DNA from: Leucoraja erinacea
Taxonomy: Eukaryota
NCBI RefSeq assembly: GCF_028641065.1
Contig: NW_026576619.1
Location: forward strand, 310,001 to 374,000
DNA: 64,000 nucleotides
Direction of reading: 5' to 3'
Both the position numbers and the translations under genes were made by a program. Every line of letters begins with the position of its first letter. The first letter of the stretch is position 1. This document shows positions 10,973 through 22,400 of the stretch, in pieces. The notes beneath the pieces were generated by a model, which worked only from the letters and a program-made list of their open reading frames with translations, had not been told where the DNA came from and made no database searches.

Positions 10973-13900
10973 CTAGTTGATGGGCCGGTAGCCGGTGAGA
11001 TCTCGCCGCCGGCGGACAATGTTGACGACCAGACATCCCACCAACAGCCCGAGCGCCGGTAACCCGAGCCCCACCGCCATCAACCCCCCGCCACAACCAG
11101 CACCGAGAACCAGTCCCGTGGCGGCTCCCCCTGGTCCCGATCAGCCGCCGACCTGCGGTGCGGGGGGGAGAAACAGCGGGTGACGTGGATCCGCCGGCAG
11201 AAGCCCCGCTCCCTCAATCCCCCCCAACCACCCATCCCCCCCCCCCACCCCTCTCTCCCCACCAACCCCTCTTTCCCCCCCCCACCCCCCCCCTACTCCC
11301 CCCCCTTCCCCTCCCCACCTCTCTTCCCCCCCCACCCCTTCTCCCCCCCCAACCCCTCTCCCCCCCCCAACCCCTCTTCCCCCCCCACCCCCACTCTCCC
11401 TCACCCCTCTCTACCTCCATCTTTCTTCTTCCCCACCCCACCCCTCTCTCCCTCCCGCGCCGTCGCACCCCGGAAAAGCCGGCACATTCCCACCCCCCCT
11501 CCCCCCCCCCCCAACTTTCGCCTCTGCCCATCCCCTCTCTCTGGTCCCTACCCCCCGACCACCTGTCTCCGCTCCACCCCCCCCCACTCCCCGAGTCCCC
11601 CCCCCCTCCACTCACCAGCTGAGGTAGAGGTGCTCTCTGTACAGCCTCTGTCCCGGGCTGCCGAAGGACACGTTGAGCGCGGCGAGGCGGGCGGTGCGGG
11701 GCCCGGGTTCGGTGCCGATGAAGGCGAAGGCGATGCTGGCGACGGGGAGACGCTGCCGGGATTCGCGGGGGCCGCAGCGCCGAGTTGTGGGTCTGCATGG
11801 AGTCGCTGCGGCGCGGTCGTCGGGCGCCATAAGCCACGGGTTTCCACTGAAGGAAACTGGAGACGCGACTGGCGTTGTCTCGGAACGATAGCAGCTCTCT
11901 GATACCTGGGGGGGGGGGGGGGTAGATCCTTCAGTGAGGTCCCCATCACCCCCCCCCCCCTCCCCTCACCACCCCCTCCTCCATCACACCACCACCCCCC
12001 CCTCCATCATCTCACCCCCCCCCTCCATCACCCCCAATCATCACAACAACACCTATCACCCCCCCCTCCATTCACCCCCCCCTCCATCACCCCCCTCCAT
12101 CATCTCACCCCCCCTCCATCACCCCCCCCATCCATCACGTTCCCCCCTCCATCACCCCCCCCCCCCCTCCATCACCCCCCCCCCACTCTCACTACCCCCT
12201 CCATCATCTCACCCCCCTCCATCACCCCCCTCCATCACCCCCCTCCATCACCCCCCCCATTTCCCCCTCCATCACCCCCCCCTCCATCACACCCCCCAAC
12301 CCCCATCACGTTATCCCCCCTCCATCACTCCCCCTCCTACCCCCTCTCATCGCCAGCAGCTACTGGGGGAGGGGGCGGAGCAGATCCTTCAGTGAGATCA
12401 AAGGGCGGGAGGTGGCGCCGGGGGTTGGGAGGGAGATGAAGGGGGCAGTGGGCGGGGAGAGCTGGATAGGGGGAGGGGGAGTGTGTGGGAGGAGGGGGAA
12501 TGAGTGGGAGGGAGGTGCGAGGAGGGGAGGATGAGGGGAGGGGGGAGGAGAGGGGAAGGGGAGGGGAGGGGGGGAGGAGGGGGAGGGGGGAGGGGGAGGG
12601 GGAGGGGGAAGGTGAGAGGGGGGGTGGGAGGTGGGTGGAGAGAAGGTGAGAGGGGGAGGGGGTGGGAGGTGAGAGGGGGGGAAGGCGGGCGGTACCTTGA
12701 AGACGCACCCCGGGCGTGTGTATCTCTCATCGTCGATGGCGGAGCGGACACGCAGCCGCCGCTCGCTGCCCGCTCCCTCCAACACCAGCAGCTCCAGACC
12801 GAAGCGGGAGAAGTTACCCCGCGGCCGCAGCCCCTCGATGCTGAACTCCAGCTTGGAGCAGTTGGCCGAGTGGAGGAGACGAGGCAGCTCCGGGTCCCGG
12901 CCCGATCCCTCGAACGCCGCGATCTGACAGCGACAGAAACCTGGGTCATCACGGGGAGAGACGGCCTCTAAACGGCCTCGACCCCCGTCCCGTCACCCCC
13001 ACCTCCTGACCGGGGGTCAGTCACAAAGTGTAGCCCTCTCTACCCCGTCCCGTCACCCCCCCCCCCCCCCCACCCGGGGGGTCAATCACAAAGTGTAGCC
13101 CTCTCTACCCCGTCCCATCGACCCTGATCCCACTGAGAATCAAACGTCATAGGTTCACGGTGAAGGGGAAAGGATTTAATTGGAATCTGAGGGGTAACTT
13201 TTCCACACAGAGGGTGGTGGGTGAATGGAACGAGCTGCCAGAGGCGCTGGTTGAGGCTGGGACTGTCCCAACGTTTAAGTAACATGTGGATTGTTAGGGC
13301 AGGTTTGGAGGGATATGGACCGCAGTCAGGTGGGACATGTAGATGGGGCATGTCGGCTAGGGTGGGCAAGTTGGGCCGAAGGGCCTGTTTCCACGCTGTA
13401 TCACTCTGTGACTGATCCTGACTGCGGCTGCTGCCTGTTTCAAGACCCCCCTCACCCCCCTTACCCTGAAGGTGACGCTGGCGTTGGCGAAGAGCGGCGC
13501 GGACACGTTGCGGCCACGTAGTTGGGCGGTCAGCGCGTTGTGGTCCAAGGTGGCGTTAGCATCGTCCCACGTGAAGTCCTGCAGCAGGTAGGGCGGGTAG
13601 AAACTGTCCGGCGGCGCCCGCGACAGGTCGGCCGTGTCATTCACATCATCATATTCCCAGAGCTGGGGGAGCGAGAGAGAGAACGGAGTCGCTACAGACA
13701 CATTGACTCTTCCCCCTCCCCGGGGGCTCAGCCTATCCTGCCTCCCCCCGTTCCCTGATCTCCCCACTCCTTGTTTCCCAGCCTCTCTTACCCTCCCCCA
13801 ATTTCCCCGGATACCAGTCCCCCCATTCTCTGAACCGCCCCCCCCCCCCCCCACCAAGCTCCCCCGCCGCCCCCATTCCCCGGCCCCTCCCGTCCCCACG

Positions 13901-16900
13901 CTCATACGGTCAGATGGGATAGGAGCAGATTTAGGCCATTCGCCCCATCGAGTCTACGGCCATTCATTCATGGCTGATCTATCTCCCTCCTAACCCTCCT
14001 AACCCCATTCTCCTGCCCTCTCCTCGTCGTCCCCCCCAATTTCACCCTTCCCCCACCCTCCCCCCCCACCCACCCCCCTTCCCTAATTCTCCCCCATACC
14101 CTTCCCCCCACCCACCCACTCCCCCCATTCTCCCCCCCGCCCACCCCCTCCCCCCCACTCCCCCCCTTTCTCCCCCCCCCCCCCCCCCCCCCCCCCGCCC
14201 ACCCCCTTCCCCACCTCCCCCCCCCCATCCCTTACCCGGGAGAAGACGATGGCGGTGGAGTAGCGCACGGCGGCGGCGGGTTCGATACGCAGGGCCCCGC
14301 TGGGATGGGGCAGCTGCAGGCTGGTCCAGTTGATGTATAGGGATGTATTGGGGCTGTTGGTGTGGACAAGTAGCACGGTGGGGGCACCGAGCGAACTCCA
14401 CACATAGTGGATGGTGTCGGCGCGGCCCACGGCCCGGACGTGGAGCACGTTGGGGGCGGCGGCCGAACTGTTCCTTCCTGGGTTGTACTCGAACGTCACC
14501 TGTCAGCGGATGTTCATCAGTTCATTAGTGATAGGAGCAGAATTAGACCATTCGGCCCATCCAGTCTACTCCCCATGGCTGATCTATTTTTCCGGATCGC
14601 CTTTCTAAAATGGAAATTCTTCATCATCACAAATTTCTAAAAGAACGCCTTAAAATCTGAGGTTTTAATTCTCTGGTCCAGAAGACTCTCTCACTAGGTG
14701 GAAACATGTAGCTCTTAGGGCCCATGAATCAACTCTATTCAGGCCTGGGGTACTGATTTTCTGTAGCCATTTCATATTGAGGTTGGTCCATCAAGGGCCA
14801 AATTATCTCTGCATCTATTTTGCCATTGATTCTAAAATAAATTCTCATCATACATTTGAACGTCCTTAAATCTGAGGTTTAAACATCTCACTTACTAGTG
14901 CTCACATTCTCCACATCCACTCTGCTATGTATTTCATTACAGCCATTTTATCTCTGGGCCGATTATATATCCCGACCTAAACAACCCACGTCAGATTACT
15001 TATCCCATTCTACACATTTTAATCTATATGGGATAGTCCCAGACTCAACTACCTCCTCTGGCAGCTTGTTCCACACACCAACCTGTGTGAAAACTTTACC
15101 CCTCAGGTTGGTATTAAATATTTTCCCCTTCACCTTAACCATATAACCATATAATAATTACAGCACGGAAACAGGCCATCTCGACCCTTCTAGTCCGTGC
15201 CGAACACATAATCTCCCCTAGTCCCATATACCTGCGCTCAGACCATAACCCTCCATTCCCTTCCCATCCATATAACTATCCAATTTATTTTTAAACCTAT
15301 GTCCTCTGGTCTATTTTTGGTAGAGTCCAGCATCTGCAGTTTGTTCCTGCACATTCTGTCTACATTGACATCCAAATCACAAACAGATCCATCCCTGCAG
15401 AACACCACTGGTCACTGAGTATTGACCTCCCACTATAGCCCTCAGCTTCATTCAGTCAGGCAGTCTCGTGATGGGGAGGGTGGACTGTGGTCACATTAGG
15501 AGGGGGAGGGGGTCAGTACTGACCACAGAGTCTCAACGTGATCTCACCCGCCAGTGTGAGTCAGCAGTCACATCTTTCCGGATAAAACTTCCTCATTTTG
15601 GACACATACCACAAGTGTCACAAATCACATGTTGAATGCGATTAGTGTAAAACTGGCATAATGGCCAGCATGGACATTGTGGGCCAAAGAGTCTGCTCCT
15701 GTGGTGTTGGGTTCTAGGACATTATCGCTGGATGATAAGTCGAGGGCAACGCTGACCAGACATGGGGTAACACCTGTCCCTATATCTCATCCCACGACTC
15801 TGTCCAAGGACCCTGTCAGTCTTCTCAGGTGAGGCAGAGGTTCACTTCACCTCCTCCAACCTGATCTACTGTATCCGTTGTTCCAGGTGTGGACTCCTGT
15901 ATATCGACGAGACCAAGCGCAGGCTTGGTGATCGTTTTGCTGAACCCTCCACTCAATCCGCCTAAACCTGTTTCAACTCCCCCTCCCATTCCCACACTGA
16001 CCTTTCTGTCCTGGGCCTCCTCCACTGTCAGTGAGACCCAACACAAATTGGAGAAACAGCACCTAATTTTTCGCTTGGGCAGCTTCCATCCCAGCGGTAT
16101 GAACATTGACTTCTCTAATCCTTGCTTTCCCTCTCTCTCCATCCCTCCCTCATCTTAATTCTCCAACTAGTTTCACTGACCTCCTGATTAAATATTACTG
16201 ATCTTAAGCCTCATTGTCACCTTCCCACAGCTAATAATGAACCATTCGACATTGCCTTGGTCACCGTCTCCTTTGATATGTATTTTCACATATTACCCTT
16301 CCTTATCTCTATGACTCCCTTTCCCCTGAGTCTCAGTCTGAAGAAGGGTCTCGACCCGAAACATCATCCATTCCTTCTCTCCAGGGATGCTGCCTGACCC
16401 ACTGAGTTAGTCCAGCTTTTTGTGTCTAACTCTCCACTAACTCTGTCAAGTGGCAGAGAATAAGGGGGCGGCCATTTCGGAATGAGATGAGGAAAGTCTT
16501 TTTCACCCAGAGAGTTGTGAATCTGTGGAATTCTCTGCCACAGAAGGCACTGGATGTTTTCAAGTTATATTTAGCTCTTAGAGCTAACGGAATCAAGGGA
16601 TATAGGGAGAAAGCAGGAACGGGGTACTGATTTGGATGATCAGCCATGAACACATTGAATGGTGGTGCTGGCTCGAAGGGCCGAATGGCCTACTCCTGGA
16701 CCTATTATCCACGTTTCTATGACCAGTGACTCACTCTCGTATCCCCCAGACTGAATAATCAGATAACAATCAGATTATCAGCACATCCATTGAATACAAG
16801 CTCAGACCTGTTGTAACAAGAGTTGCAGGCGGGGACGAGGGAAGTGCCGTCAGAGCCAGGGTACTCACCAGCCCCGGGAATAGGACAAGGCGGTTGACAT

Positions 16901-17173
16901 ACAGCCCAGGAACCACCGAACCGACAGGTTACATCTACACAAACTTCCCCCTGATCTGAAGAAGGGCCTCGACCTGAAACATCACCCATTCCTTCTCTCC
17001 GGAGATGCTGCCTGTCCCCTTCTGCTCGGGCGAAGGGTTTGTTAACACCCTCGCCAGCCCGTACCCCCCGCCAGCCCGTACCCCGTTACCTGTCTGCGGT
17101 ACGAGTCGTGTGGCCGCACCAAGCCGGGGATCAATGCAATTAAACAACACATCAGCATTGTAACAGGCGCCAT
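10973..17173 (-). CDS. GLMP: Glycosylated lysosomal membrane protein (NCU-G1/C1orf85). Exons: 17090-17173, 14236-14499, 13465-13662, 12696-12923, 11616-11905, 10973-11152. Exons 5-6 carry frameshifts, probably consensus errors
   Basis: Signal peptide exon MAPVTMLMCCLIALIPGLVRPHDSYRRQ; NVLHVRAVGRADTIHYVWSSLGAPTVLLVHTN; LWEYDDVNDTA...FANASVTFR; PRLLHSANCSKLEF...IDDE; FLQWKPVAY; YLSW; a TM helix and the C-terminal lysosomal motif GYRPIN*. All junctions are GT-AG, and the gene lies between TMEM79 and CCT3 as in human. Confidence 0.93.
13135..13415 (+). mobile_element. CR1 LINE 3' fragment in GLMP intron 3
   Basis: GGGGTAACTTTTCCACACAGAGGGTGGTGGGTGAATGGAACGAGCTGCCAG...GGGCCGAAGGGCCTGTTTCC is the same CR1 tail as elsewhere in the window. 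Confidence 0.8.
15790..16430 (+). mobile_element. Penelope-like element 3' fragment: GIY-YIG endonuclease remnant plus terminal region with a hammerhead motif
   Basis: Translates (with indels) as QVRQRFT..TSSNLIYCIRCSRCGLLYIDETKRRLGDRFAE...HKLEKQHLIFRLGSFHPSGMNIDFSN, followed by CTGAAGAAGGGTCTCGACCCGAAAC at 16338-16362. Confidence 0.88.
16450..16720 (+). mobile_element. CR1 LINE 3' fragment
   Basis: TTTCACCCAGAGAGTTGTGAATCTGTGGAATTCTCTGCCACAGAAGGCA is near-identical to 7750-7800. Confidence 0.85.
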
Positions 17174-17300
17174 GTCTGCTACATTTCCACCATCAGCTGA
17201 CTTCCGCCTTTCCTTTGCACCGCCCCTTTGGGCTGAGCTCTTAAAGGGACCGGCTCGGGGTCATCTTTGTATCTGCAACATGCTCTGAATGTAGCGAGAG
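17174..17300 (-). promoter_or_regulatory. Probable GLMP 5' UTR / proximal promoter
   Basis: Immediately upstream of the GLMP ATG (context CAGACATGG); contains an ETS-type GGCGGAAGT and an adjacent CAGCTG E-box at ~17193-17208. Confidence 0.4.
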
Positions 17301-17559
17301 GAACAAAAGAAGCCGCTTCACGGGGTCTCATGGGCAGCACAGACAAGGCAGACTTCAGAACCCTTTTACCCAAAGATAGACACAAAAAGCTGGAGTAACT
17401 CAGCGGGTCAGGAAGCATCTCTGGCGAGAAGGAATGGGTCACGTATCGGGTCGAGACCCTTCATCAGACCGTTTTCCCCAAGGGGTGTAAATATCCAATG
17501 TCCAGACTCGAGGGCATCGCTGAAAGAGGAAAGTTTAATGGAGGTGGGTCTTGGAGGGG

Positions 17560-17700
17560 AGGATGGTTCTCAAACTGCGGGGCATCCAGGACAATACAGC
17601 TCACCCCCTCCATGACACACTGGCCGACCTCAGCACCAGACTGGTTCCAATATGCAGCACAGAACGCCACAGGCGATCCTTCTTCCCTGAGGCTATCATT
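17560..17700 (+). mobile_element. Rex1/Babar-like LINE 3' remnant
   Basis: Encodes IQDNTAHPLHDTL...TERHRRSFFPEAI, similar to the HPL...R.R.SFFP.AI C-terminus typical of this clade. Confidence 0.55.
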
Positions 17701-18569
17701 TTGTGTCTTTTTTTGGTAAACCAGCACCTGTAGTTTTCTGTTTCTACTGTGAATCTTGGAATGGGACATCAGTTTTCAGAGTCTATTGTTTGAACGATGT
17801 GGCAGTGTACCTGGGCCTCAGTATTGGAGATGCTGCCCTCTGAGACGGCAAGTCATGTTATCCACTCCATCTGCATTTCTTAGATTTCCAGATATCAAAA
17901 CAAGAACATTTTTTTCAACCACTGATTAATTCAAGATATTTGAGCTTTGGTCATTTGCCAGTCCTTGCCCTTTGTCCTGCCATTGTTACTTGTCCTTGCC
18001 TCAACGTTCACAAGGCCACCTCGTTCATTCTTTGCTCATTTACCCCACAAAATTAGTTTATTGTTGTTCTGTGCCAGTCCTTTCTTCAGCATTTGTGGGT
18101 GTTCATAGATTAACTGACCTTGGTAAAATTATCCCATGTGTGTCGGATAGTGCTAGTGTATGGGTGACCACGGACTTGGTGCGCTGAGGGGCCTGTTTCT
18201 GTGCAGTATCGTGCAGTTACAAACCCTGCCACTCACCAACACACTAATTCCCACGTATTGTGAATGTTTGCCTTGCTTGCTCGAGAACAAAATAATTAAG
18301 TTTAAGCAGACTGTTACAATGCAGATTAAAAGGATGCTTTAAAAACCCACCAGGAAGGTGGGATCAGTCAGTCTGAAGGTTTGTAAAGCAGCAGAATGGC
18401 TGAATGGCCTGCTTGTGCAGTGTGGGTGGCAGTAGTGAATGGCCTGCTTGTGCAGTGTGGGTAGCAGTAGTGTAGACCACAGGACGATGGATCCTGCCCT
18501 CATCAGTAAACGTTAATCTGATCGGCCCTGCTGTCTCCCACTCCGCTCCGCCCACACCCACTGCCTGCA

Positions 18570-19145
18570 GGAGACTGACCCCATCCCAGCCTCAGCCCCT
18601 CACTCCCAACCCCCACTCTCAGCCTCACCCCGACCTCCCCACACCCACCCCACCCCTCCACTCCCACCTCCCTGCACCCAGCCCAACACTTCACCCCCAC
18701 TCCCAGCCAAACCCTCACCTCCCCACCCCCACTCCCACCCCACCCCTCCACTCCCACCTCCCTGCACCCAGCCCAACCCTCACCCCCCACTCCTAGCCAA
18801 ACCCTCACTCAGCCACTCCCCCAAACCCCACACCCAGCCGAACCCTCACCCCACCCAGCCCAACACCCACCCCACCCCTCCACTCCCACCTCCCTGCACC
18901 CAGCCCAACCCTCACCCCCCCACTCCCAGCCCAACACCCACCCCACCCCTCCACTCCCACCTCCCTGCACCCAGCCCAACCCTCACCCCCCACTCCCAGC
19001 CAAACCCTCACTCAGTCTCACACCACCTCCTCACCCCCCACTCCCAGCACAACCCCCACCTCCCAACCCAACACCCACCCCACCCCTCCACTCCCAACCC
19101 CCACTACACACACACACAGATACACACGCACACACACACACAGAC
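18570..19145. repeat. C-rich minisatellite (CCCACCCCTCCACTCCCACCTCCCTGCACCCAGCCCAACCCTCA... units) followed by a (CA)n microsatellite
   Basis: Visible tandem units. Confidence 0.8.
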
Positions 19146-19199
19146 CCCACCACACATTCAGGAGAGGTAATGAAGACACAAACATTAATTGGTCAAATC

Positions 19200-19205
19200 T
19201 TTATT
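19200..19205 (-). terminator. CCT3 polyadenylation signal AATAAA
   Basis: TTTATT on +, ~210 nt downstream of the CCT3 stop, followed on - by a (TG)-rich tract. Confidence 0.7.
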
Positions 19206-19415
19206 GAAAGCCAATGGGCAGAAGGGAGGTGAAGCTGCAGCAGGTGGCCACGGATAGATGGGAAATGATGGGCAGCTGAAGTAGCAGCTGTGTTGCCCGC
19301 CGCCCACTCCACCATCCTGTCAAACATCCTTTAACAATAAATACCGGGGAGTGTGGGCTTGGGGGGGAAGGGGGGGTGCCCTGGTCCTCCTGGGTCACAT
19401 GGGTCCCTGCTAGTT

Positions 19416-22400
19416 CTACGCAGCGTCCCCTTCACCACCTTGGTTGTTGTCCTTCTTGCTCTTGTGGCCAGACACAATGTCGTCAATGCGCAGCAACAGG
19501 ATGGCAGTCTGTGGTCAGACAGAGGCAGAGTGAGGCAGAGGCACAGGCAGGGTGAGGAGACAGGGGCAGACAAGGGCAGGGTGAGGAGACAGGGGCAGGG
19601 TGAGGAGACAGGGGCAGGGTGAGGAGACGGGGGCAGGGTGAGGAGACAGAGGCAGGGTGAGGAGACGGGGGGGGCAGGGTGAGGAGACATGGGGGCAGGG
19701 TGAGGAGACAGGGGCACAGGGGCATGAGGAGACGGGGGCAGGGGAGAGGAACGGGGGCAGGGTGAGGAGACGGGGGCAGGGGTGAGGAGTTAGGGGCAGG
19801 GTGAGGAGACAGGGGCAGGGTGAGGAGACGGGGGCAGGGTGAGGAGACAGAGGCCTGGACAGGGGCAGGGTGAGGAGACGGGGGCAGGGTGAGGAGACGG
19901 GGGCAGGGTGAGGAGATGGGGGCAGGGTGAGGAGACAGGGGCAGGGTGAGGAGACAGGGGCCCGGTTCAGGGTGGAGGAGACGGGGGGCCACCAGGGTGA
20001 GGAGACAGGGCACAGGCAGGGTGACGGGGGAGACAGGGGCAGGGTGAGGAGACGGGGGGGCAGGGTGAGGAGACGGGGGCAGGGTGTGATGACAGGGGGA
20101 GGGGACAGGGGCAGGGTGAGGAGACAGGGGCAGGGTGAGGAGACAGGGGCAGGGTGAGGAGAGGCAGCCACGGGGGGCAGGGACAGGGGGCAGGGTGAGG
20201 AGGGCAGGGTGAGGAGACGGGGGCAGGGTGAGGAGAGGGGGCAGGGTGAGGAGGGGGCAGGGTGAGGAGACAAGGGGCAGGGTGAGGAGACAGGGGCAGG
20301 GTGAGGAGAGACGGGGGCAGGGTGAGGAGACGGGGGCAGGGTGAGGAGACGGGGGCAGGGTGAGGGTGAGGAGACGGGGGCAGGGTGAGGAGACGGGGGC
20401 AGGGTGAGGAGACGGGGGCAGGGGGACGGGGGAGGGTGAGGGAGGGGGCAGGGTGAGGAGACGGGGGCAGGGTGAGGAGACGGGGGCAGGGTGAGGAGAC
20501 GGGGGCAGGGTGAGGAGACGGGGGCAGGGTGAGGAGACGGGGGCAGGGTGAGGAGACGGGGGCAGGGTGAGGAGACGGGGGCAGGGTGAGGAGACGGGGG
20601 CAGGGGAGGAGACGGGGGCAGGGTGAGGAGACGGGGGCAGGGTGAGGAGACGAGGGGCAGGGGTGAGGAGGGGGCAGGGTGAGGAGACACAGGGGCAGGG
20701 TGAGGAGACGGGGGCAGGAGGGAGGAGACAGGGGCAGGGTGAGGAGACGGGGGCAGGGGGAGACGGGGGCAGGGAGGAGACGGGGGGCAGGGTGAGGAGA
20801 CAGGGCAGGGTGAGGAGACAGGGGCAGGGTGAGGAGACAGAGGGCAGGGTCAGACAGGGGCAGGGTGAGGAGAGGAGGACAGGGCAGACAGGGCCAGGGT
20901 GAGGAGACAGGGCCAGGAGGGTGAGGAGGGCAGGGTGAGGAGATGGGGGCAGGGTGAGGAGAGAGGGGCAGCAGGGTGAGGAGGAGAGGGGGCAGGGTGA
21001 GGAGATAGGGGCAGGGTGAGGAGACGGGGGCAGGGTCAGACACGGGGGCAGGGTGAGGAGACAGGGGGGGGCAGGGTGAGGAGACGGGGGCAGGGTGAGG
21101 AGACAGGGGCAGGGTGAGGAGACAGGGGCAGGGTGAGGAGACAGGGGCAGGGTGAGGAGACAGGGGCAGGGTGAGGAGACAAGGGCAGGGTGAGGAGACA
21201 AGGTCACACTGGCCCAGGCTGGGGATCTCCCACCCACAGCTGCCCCCCTGCCCACAGCTGGCTGACACCAGGGGCCCGGTACCTCAGCTCATCATCGCAG
21301 CACCAGATGTCACCATCTTGCCTTGCAACTATGAATGTGCCATTAGTACTTCCCTGACAGCCCAGCTCTGTTGCAGGGCACCCACCCCCAGCCAACGACT
21401 CTACATCTGCCACTTGCCCAGCCCTACTGCTGGACACTCCCTCCACCCATCTGACATTAGTGCCGCCCTAACGACCCAGCCATGTTGTCAGGCACCACCC
21501 ACCAAACCACTTTATGAATATGCCTTTAGCGCCTCACCTCCACCGAGGTTTTGAACGTCTGTGACTTGACCGTCAGCGGCTCCCAGATGCCGAGTTCCTT
21601 CATGTCAGCCAGGGACCCGGTCTCTCCGTTCACTCCCCATGTCTGGCAACCTTCCTGTGTGTGCTTAGCCTGTAACATGGCATCAAACCGTCAACACAGT
21701 GCCAGAGACAGATCCAGACATGTATGGTGTGGGCACTGGGAACGGTGTGGGCACTGGGAAGGAACGGTGTGGGCACTGGGAACGGTGTGGGCACTGGGAA
21801 GGAACGGTGTGGGCACTGGGAACGGTGTGGGCACTGGGAAGGAACGGTGTGGGCACTGGGAAGGAACGGTGTGGGCACTGGGAACGGTGTGGGCACTGGG
21901 AACGGCGTGGGCACTGGGGAAGGAACGGTGTGGGCACTGGGAAGGAACGGTGTGGGCACTGGGAAGGAACGGTGTGGGCACTGGGAACAGTGTGGGCACT
22001 GGGAACGGGTGTGGGCACTGGGATCAGTGTGGGCACTGGGATCAGTGTGGGCACTGGGAATGGTGTGGGCACTGGGAATGGTGTGGGCACCGGGAACAGG
22101 GAACGGTGTGGGCACCGGGAACGTCGTGGGCACTGGGAACAGGGAACGGTGTGGGCACGGTGTGGGCACTGGGAAGGAACGGTGTGGGCACTGGGAACAG
22201 TGTGGGCACTGGGAACGGTGTGGGCACCGGGAAGGAACGGTGTGGGCACTGGGAACGGTGTGGGCACTGGGAAGGAACGGTGTGGGCACTGGGAAGGAAC
22301 GGTGTGGGCACTGGGAAGGAACGGTGTGGGCACTGGGAACGGTGTGGGCACTGGGAAGGAACGGCAGACACAGAAAGGGTATTATTCCTGGTAGTGGAAC

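Noticed and set aside
17190-17205. TFEB CLEAR element in the GLMP promoter
   Set aside because: The sequence is TCAGCTGAC (CAGCTG core), not the CACGTG/CATGTG core required for CLEAR.
19483-21268. Long Pro/Cys-rich ORFs (590, 433 and 391 aa)
   Set aside because: They are translations of a stop-free minisatellite within a CCT3 intron and are open in several frames.
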